From Pseudoalteromonas tetraodonis (lineage in GTDB: Bacteria > Pseudomonadota > Gammaproteobacteria > Enterobacterales > Alteromonadaceae), in NCBI RefSeq assembly GCF_002310835.1, contig NZ_CP011041.1, positions 270,001-302,000 of the forward strand: DNA of 32,000 bases, read 5' to 3'. Position numbers and translations under genes: made by a program. Positions 26,724 to 32,000 of the stretch are shown in pieces. The first letter of the stretch is position 1, and each line of letters opens with the position of its first letter. The notes below the pieces were generated by a model. It saw only the letters and a list, made by a program, of their open reading frames with translations, was not told where the DNA came from and ran no database searches.

Positions 26724-28796
26724 ATGAAAAAAATAACAATGACTGCCGCCAGTATTGCATTGGCGTTAGGTTTGGTTGGTTGCGGCGAAAAGCCACAAGA
26801 AATGCAAGCAGAAGCAACAACAGTAACCGCACCGGTAGCAACCCCTGGTGCCTTAGGTGTTGATTTACAAAATATCGATAAAAGTGTTCGTGCACAGGAT
26901 GATTTTTACTACCACGTAAACGGTAAATGGTTAGAAAAAACTGAAATCCCTGGCGATAAGTCAAACTATGGGTCGTTCTCACAGTTATATGATGAATCGC
27001 AAAAAGCAATGAAAACAGTACTAGAAAATGCCAGTACCAATAGCAGCGCAAAGCCAGGTTCAGATGAATATAAGATCGGCGCATTTTATACTAGCTACAT
27101 GGCTGAAAATGCTCGTGAAGAGTTAGGGATGTTACCACTTGAGCCAGCTATTAAAAGCATTGATACAGTAAAAGATAAAGCCGCGTTGGTCACACTGATG
27201 GCACAGCTACAAGTTAAAGGCGGAGATCTTCCTTTTGGCTGGTATGTTAATAATGACGCTAAAAACTCAAGTGAAAATGCGCTTTATGCCTATCAAGCGG
27301 GACTTGGTTTACCTGACCGTGATTATTATTTAAAAGATGATGAAAAATTCACAAAAATTCGCGCGGCATATCAAACCTATATTACCGATATTTTAGCTAA
27401 AGCTGGCGTTAATAATGCCGCTGATGCAGCCAAAGCGATACTTGCCCTTGAAACGACACTTGCTGATGCACAGTGGAGTCGGGTACAAAGTCGTGATGCA
27501 ACAAAATCATATAATAAAATGTCAGTAGCTGAAGCTAACACGTTAATGGGAGATTTTGATTTAAGTGCTTACTTTGAAGCCGTTGGTGTTGATGCCCAAG
27601 AGTTGATTGTGCGCCAACCAAGTTACTTTGAAAAATTTGCAGACATTTTCAAAAATACAGACTTATCGGTTTGGCAAAACTACTTAAAATTCCATTTCGT
27701 TAGTAATTACGCGCAGTTGCTAAATAAAGACTTAGTGGATTTGAAATTTAATTTTTACAGCACCACATTGCGCGGTGTTGAAGAGCAAGCGCCACTTTGG
27801 AAGCAAGCCGTTGATGCATCAAACAGTGTACTGGGTGAAATTTTAGGTAAAGTCTACGTTAAAGAGAACTTCCCGCCAGAAGCGAAAGCGCGCATGGAAG
27901 AATTAGTTGATAACGTGATTAAAGGCTATTCAGTGGCAATTGAAAACCTTGAGTGGATGAGCCCTGAAACAAAAGTTGCGGCGCAAGAAAAGCTGGATAA
28001 GTTTACGCCTAAAATTGGTTACCCAGATAAATGGAAAGATTATTCAGATTTAGTAATTAATCCTGATGAACTAGTAGGTAACTATATTCGCTACAGTGAG
28101 TGGGCTTATGCAGATATGATTGCTAAATTAGGTAAGCCAGTTGATCGCTCTGAGTGGCATATGACGCCACAAACAGTGAATGCTTACTACAACCCAGTGA
28201 ATAACGAAATAGTATTCCCTGCGGCGATTTTGCAGCCTCCATTCTTTAATTTAGAAGCAGATGATGCGGTTAACTATGGTGCTATTGGTGCGGTTATTGG
28301 CCATGAGTTAGGCCATGGCTTTGATGACCAAGGTGCAAAATACGACGGTGATGGCAATTTACGTAATTGGTGGAGCGAGTCAGACCTTAAGCAGTTTGAA
28401 CAGCGAAGTGCTGCCTTAGTTGCGCAGTATAATCAATATAAACCGTTTGAAGATGCCAGCGTTAATGGTGAGCTGACACTGGGTGAAAACATTGGTGATT
28501 TAGGCGGCTTAACCGTCGCTTATAAAGCGTATCAATTATCGCTGGGTGATTCTAAAGCGCCCATTATTGAAGGCTATACGGGCGACCAACGCTTCTTTAT
28601 GGGCTGGTCGCAAATTTGGCGTCGTAAATACCGTGATGAAGCATTGCGCAATCGTTTAATGACCGATTCACATTCACCGAGTCATTATCGCGTGATTGGT
28701 ATTTTGTCGAACATGCCGGAATTTTACCAAGCGTTTGATGTTAAAGAGGGCGATAAAATGTATATCAAGCCTGAAGATCGCGTAAAAATTTGGTAA
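26724..28796 (+). CDS. M13-family zinc metallopeptidase lipoprotein (PepO / endothelin-converting-enzyme-like)
   Basis: It has a lipobox LGLVGC, the HExxH motif VIGHELGHGFD and GENIGDLGG (the ENxADxGG motif). Its 690-aa length is typical of M13. Confidence 0.92.
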   Translation: MKKITMTAASIALALGLVGCGEKPQEMQAEATTVTAPVATPGALGVDLQNIDKSVRAQDDFYYHVNGKWLEKTEIPGDKSNYGSFSQLYDESQKAMKTVLENASTNSSAKPGSDEYKIGAFYTSYMAENAREELGMLPLEPAIKSIDTVKDKAALVTLMAQLQVKGGDLPFGWYVNNDAKNSSENALYAYQAGLGLPDRDYYLKDDEKFTKIRAAYQTYITDILAKAGVNNAADAAKAILALETTLADAQWSRVQSRDATKSYNKMSVAEANTLMGDFDLSAYFEAVGVDAQELIVRQPSYFEKFADIFKNTDLSVWQNYLKFHFVSNYAQLLNKDLVDLKFNFYSTTLRGVEEQAPLWKQAVDASNSVLGEILGKVYVKENFPPEAKARMEELVDNVIKGYSVAIENLEWMSPETKVAAQEKLDKFTPKIGYPDKWKDYSDLVINPDELVGNYIRYSEWAYADMIAKLGKPVDRSEWHMTPQTVNAYYNPVNNEIVFPAAILQPPFFNLEADDAVNYGAIGAVIGHELGHGFDDQGAKYDGDGNLRNWWSESDLKQFEQRSAALVAQYNQYKPFEDASVNGELTLGENIGDLGGLTVAYKAYQLSLGDSKAPIIEGYTGDQRFFMGWSQIWRRKYRDEALRNRLMTDSHSPSHYRVIGILSNMPEFYQAFDVKEGDKMYIKPEDRVKIW

Positions 28797-28843
28797 TTTA
28801 AGCTGAAATTAGCTTAAGCGGTTAGCCCCACTAATCGCAAAAT

Positions 28844-28878
28844 AAAAAGCCAGTGAGCATGATGCCCACTGGCTTTTT
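28844..28878. terminator. Bidirectional terminator between the convergent M13 peptidase and mutT genes
   Basis: An A5 run, GCCAGTG (28849-28855), then CACTGGC (28867-28873), then a T5 run. Confidence 0.8.
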
Positions 28879-28904
28879 AGTTACTTTTATACCTGATGAT
28901 AAAA

Positions 28905-29303
28905 CTAGCTATATTTCGTTTTTATGGCGCTGATAATCTCGACATTGGCTGCAGGAAAATCATAGTTATCAAGTTCGTCTATACTTACCCATTCGCTTGG
29001 TTGCCCTTCTGCGCCATGAGCTTGACCATTAAAGTTACTGACCACGTGTACATTAAGTCGTACGCATTTATCGCCATAGTCGTGCTCTATAGTGACAAGT
29101 TCGCTTGAGCTATGAATAGTCAGTCCTACTTCTTCAAATAATTCACGCTTCAGTGCTTGAAAAACACTTTCTCCGGCTTCAACTTTTCCGCCTGGAAATT
29201 CCCATAAGCCACCTTGGTGCTGTTCATCTGCACGTTTACAAATAAACACATTGTTATTTTTTTTAATTACACCCACAGCAACATTGATGATTACTTTAGT
29301 CAT
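28905..29303 (-). CDS. mutT: 8-oxo-dGTP diphosphatase MutT (Nudix)
   Basis: It has the Nudix box GGKVEAGESVFQALKRELFEEVGL. ATG 29303 (MTKVIINVAVGVI) is preceded by GGGAGAGG. The track start at 29324 is over-extended. Confidence 0.88.
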   Translation of the reverse strand: MTKVIINVAVGVIKKNNNVFICKRADEQHQGGLWEFPGGKVEAGESVFQALKRELFEEVGLTIHSSSELVTIEHDYGDKCVRLNVHVVSNFNGQAHGAEGQPSEWVSIDELDNYDFPAANVEIISAIKTKYS

Positions 29304-29324
29304 TACCTCTCCCTTAAATAGCAT

Positions 29325-29352
29325 AAAAAAAGCGACGCAAGCGTCGCTTTTT
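29325..29352 (-). terminator. Rho-independent terminator after secA (between secA and mutT)
   Basis: AGCGACG-CAAG-CGTCGCT (29331-29348). On the - strand it is followed by a T6-7 run (the + strand A-run at 29325-29330). Confidence 0.8.
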
Positions 29353-29373
29353 ATCTAACGTAACAAAGTGGTG

Positions 29374-32000
29374 TTATTTTAATTTACCACAACATTGTTT
29401 GTATTTTTGACCTGAACCACATGGACATGGATCGTTACGACCCACTTTTGGCTCGCTACGCGCCATAACCTGAGCGCTTTGTGGTGCTTCACCACCTACA
29501 TGCTCTGCTTCTTCATGTTGATATTCGCGAGGGGCATTTTCACTTTTACGGTGTTGCTCTTCTACTTTTTCAACATCTTCTTCGGCGCGAACTTGCACTT
29601 TACTTAAAATACCGACGACATCGACTTTTAAGTTTTCTAGCATTTCAGAGAACAATTCAAACGACTCACGTTTGTACTCTTGCTTAGGATTCTTTTGTGC
29701 ATAACCACGTAAGTGAATACCTTGGCGTAAGTGATCCATTGCAGCAAGATGGTCTTTCCAATGTTGGTCAAGACTTTGAAGCATAATGGCTTTTTCAAAC
29801 TGGCGCAGTACAGAATCGCCGACCATTTCTTCTTTTTGCTTGTAAGCTTGTTCAACCGCTTCTTCAATACGCTCACGCAGTTTTTCTTCGTACAGTTTAT
29901 TGTCATCAGCTAACCACTGCGAAAGTGGTAACTCAATCAAGAAGTCTTGTTTTAAGCGTTCTTCAAGCCCTGGGATATCCCACATTTCAGCCAAGCTTTG
30001 TGGGGCAATGTATTGATCAATCACACCCGCGAGCACATCACCACGGATAGCGGTAATCGTTTCTGAAATATCACCTTCTTCAAGCAATTCGTTACGTTGA
30101 GAATAAACAACACGACGTTGATCGTTTGCTACATCATCGTACTCAAGTAGCTGTTTACGCACATCAAAGTTACGTGCTTCTACTTTACGCTGGGCGTTTT
30201 CGATTGCGCGGTTTACCCATGGATGTTCAATGGCTTCACCACGTTGCATACCTAGTTTACGCATCATGTTAGTCATGCGCTCACCGGCAAAAATACGCAT
30301 TAACGCATCATCCATCGATAGGTAGAAACGGCTTGAACCGGCATCACCTTGACGGCCAGAACGACCACGTAACTGGTTATCAATACGACGTGATTCATGA
30401 CGCTCAGTACCAATAATGTGTAAGCCGCCAGCATCAATTACCGCATCATGGCGAATTTTCCATGCTGCTTTTATTTCAGCAATTTGTTCGTCAGTTGGGT
30501 TCTCAAGTTTTTCAACTTCGCTGTTCCAATTACCACCAAGTACAATATCGGTACCACGACCGGCCATGTTGGTGGCAATGGTGACTGTGCCTGGTAAGCC
30601 CGCATCAGAAACAATGTCTGCTTCTTGTGCGTGGAATTTAGCATTAAGTACGTTGTGCTTAATTTTTTCTTTGCGTAAAAACTGCGATAAGTACTCAGAG
30701 CTTTCAATTGAGATAGTACCTACAAGTACCGGCTGACCACGTTCTTGACAGTCTTTAATGTCTGCTAAAATCGCTTCGTACTTTTCTTCTTGAGTTAAGT
30801 AAACTAAATCAGCGCGATCATCGCGGATCATTGGTTTATTGGTTGGCATAACCACAGTGTCTAAACCGTAGATAGACTGAAACTCAAACGCTTCTGTGTC
30901 GGCTGTGCCTGTCATACCTGCTAGCGTTTCGTACAAGCGGAAGTAATTTTGGAACGTAATAGAGGCTAATGTTTGGTTCTCGTTTTGAATTTTCACACCT
31001 TCTTTTGCCTCTACAGCTTGGTGTAAACCTTCTGACCAACGACGTCCTTCCATAGAGCGACCTGTGTGCTCATCAATAATGATGACTTCGTTTTCTTTAA
31101 TAACGTAGTCAACATCTTTTTGATAAAGCTTGTGCGCACGAAGAGCTGCATAAACATGGCTAAGTAGGGTAATGCTCGCTGCTGAATATAGTGAGTCACC
31201 TTCTTCAATTAGGCCGCGCTCGGTAAGTAACTCTTCAACTTTTATTTGCCCACGCTCAGTAAGATGAACTTGCTTAGATTTTTCATCGATGGTGAAATCG
31301 CCATCACCTTCAATTCCTTCCTCGTCTTCTTTTTCTTGTAATTCAAGTAGAGGAACGATGGTATTTATTTCAGTGTATAGCTCAGAGCTATCTTCAGCGG
31401 GACCAGAAATAATCAGTGGCGTACGTGCTTCATCAATAAGGATTGAATCCACTTCATCCACTACAGCATAAAATAATGGGCGTTGTACGCGCTCATCAAT
31501 ACTAAATGCCATGTTGTCACGCAGGTAATCAAAACCAAATTCGTTATTGGTACCGTAAGTGATGTCAGCTGCATAAGCTTGTTTTTTCTGTTGTGGCATC
31601 ATGCCCGGAACATTACAGCCTACGGTTAACCCTAAAAATTCAAATAATGGGCGATTGGTTTCAGCATCACGTTTGGCCAAGTAGTCATTCACGGTAATGA
31701 CATGAACACCTTTACCTGTTAGACCATTTAAATAAGCCGGCAGTGTCGCTGTGAGTGTTTTACCTTCACCGGTACGCATTTCTGCGATACGACCTTGGTG
31801 TAAAACCATACCACCTAATAACTGCACGTCGAAATGACGCATACCGTTTACACGTTTTGATGCTTCACGTACCACTGCAAATGCTTCTGGTAGAATATCG
31901 CCTAAGCTTTGTCCGTTATCGTAACGCTCTCTAAACTCGGCTGTTTTAGCTTTTAAATCTTCATCTGAAAGCGCTTCTAGCTGCGTTTCAAGTGCATTGA
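29374..32000 (-). CDS. secA: Preprotein translocase ATPase SecA (N-terminal ~40 codons lie beyond the window)
   Basis: It has the C-terminal zinc finger [17 protein letters not shown] and the motor motifs MRTGEGKTL and [20 protein letters not shown]. The frame stays open from 31875 to 32000 (..[37 protein letters not shown]), so the track start at 31875 is an internal GTG. Confidence 0.97.
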   Translation of the reverse strand, partial: NALETQLEALSDEDLKAKTAEFRERYDNGQSLGDILPEAFAVVREASKRVNGMRHFDVQLLGGMVLHQGRIAEMRTGEGKTLTATLPAYLNGLTGKGVHVITVNDYLAKRDAETNRPLFEFLGLTVGCNVPGMMPQQKKQAYAADITYGTNNEFGFDYLRDNMAFSIDERVQRPLFYAVVDEVDSILIDEARTPLIISGPAEDSSELYTEINTIVPLLELQEKEDEEGIEGDGDFTIDEKSKQVHLTERGQIKVEELLTERGLIEEGDSLYSAASITLLSHVYAALRAHKLYQKDVDYVIKENEVIIIDEHTGRSMEGRRWSEGLHQAVEAKEGVKIQNENQTLASITFQNYFRLYETLAGMTGTADTEAFEFQSIYGLDTVVMPTNKPMIRDDRADLVYLTQEEKYEAILADIKDCQERGQPVLVGTISIESSEYLSQFLRKEKIKHNVLNAKFHAQEADIVSDAGLPGTVTIATNMAGRGTDIVLGGNWNSEVEKLENPTDEQIAEIKAAWKIRHDAVIDAGGLHIIGTERHESRRIDNQLRGRSGRQGDAGSSRFYLSMDDALMRIFAGERMTNMMRKLGMQRGEAIEHPWVNRAIENAQRKVEARNFDVRKQLLEYDDVANDQRRVVYSQRNELLEEGDISETITAIRGDVLAGVIDQYIAPQSLAEMWDIPGLEERLKQDFLIELPLSQWLADDNKLYEEKLRERIEEAVEQAYKQKEEMVGDSVLRQFEKAIMLQSLDQHWKDHLAAMDHLRQGIHLRGYAQKNPKQEYKRESFELFSEMLENLKVDVVGILSKVQVRAEEDVEKVEEQHRKSENAPREYQHEEAEHVGGEAPQSAQVMARSEPKVGRNDPCPCGSGQKYKQCCGKLK

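Noticed and set aside
26666-27084. ORFs 26666-26863 (+) and 26722-27084 (-) at the 5' end of the M13 peptidase gene.
   Set aside because: The first is out of frame and overlaps the true lipoprotein start. The second is antisense with an R/L-rich composition. The M13 frame is unambiguous.
28896-29108. 70-aa + strand ORF antisense to mutT.
   Set aside because: It is nested in the well-supported Nudix gene and has no start context.
1-32000. I searched the whole window for mobile elements, integrases, CRISPR repeats, tRNA/rRNA genes, toxin-antitoxin pairs and defence-island-like gene clusters.
   Set aside because: None were seen. Every ORF longer than 100 aa outside shadow frames matches a conserved housekeeping or conserved-hypothetical family. 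There are no long direct or inverted repeats flanking any gene block, and no coding block is compositionally aberrant.

Overview
This is a core-chromosome window, about 40% GC by eye, from a marine-type gammaproteobacterium. The gene content and order look Alteromonadales/Pseudoalteromonas-like: ilvGM-DA, rep, polA, engB, cytochromes c5/c4, yihI, hemN, yjgA/pmbA, dciA, mutT-secA. That taxonomic placement is inference only. I call 27 protein-coding genes; ilvG and secA are cut by the window edges. All belong to recognisable housekeeping or conserved-hypothetical families. Several ORF-track starts are N-terminal over-extensions, and I corrected them by alignment-from-memory to E. coli orthologues plus Shine-Dalgarno (SD) context. 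These are ilvD, elbB, polA, hemN, pmbA, dciA, mutT and the SBP-like gene. I see no tRNA/rRNA, CRISPR, transposase/integrase, prophage, toxin-antitoxin or recognisable defence genes, and I find no evidence for a new multi-gene protein system. The signal not explained by CDSs is non-coding. (1) A roughly 300-nt + strand RNA candidate in the cytochrome c4-yihI gap has nine GGA motifs, none on the opposite strand, A-rich repeat spacers and a strong terminator; it looks like a Csr/Rsm-type sponge RNA at the position where E. coli carries csrC. (2) A roughly 115-nt terminator-bounded sRNA candidate with repeated C/U-rich anti-SD-like motifs lies just downstream of polA, where E. coli carries spf, but it is not recognisably Spot 42. 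(3) A same-orientation DnaA-box array plus a triple-GATC cluster lies in the long gap upstream of polA. (4) hemN has a textbook-geometry class II FNR-type promoter. (5) A perfect 32-bp palindrome lies between pmbA and dciA, with an extended -10 element immediately upstream. Lesser oddities are the missing ilvE, an orphan periplasmic binding-fold protein with only a C-terminal membrane anchor, and a GAF-GAF-GGDEF protein with a degenerate EAL domain.
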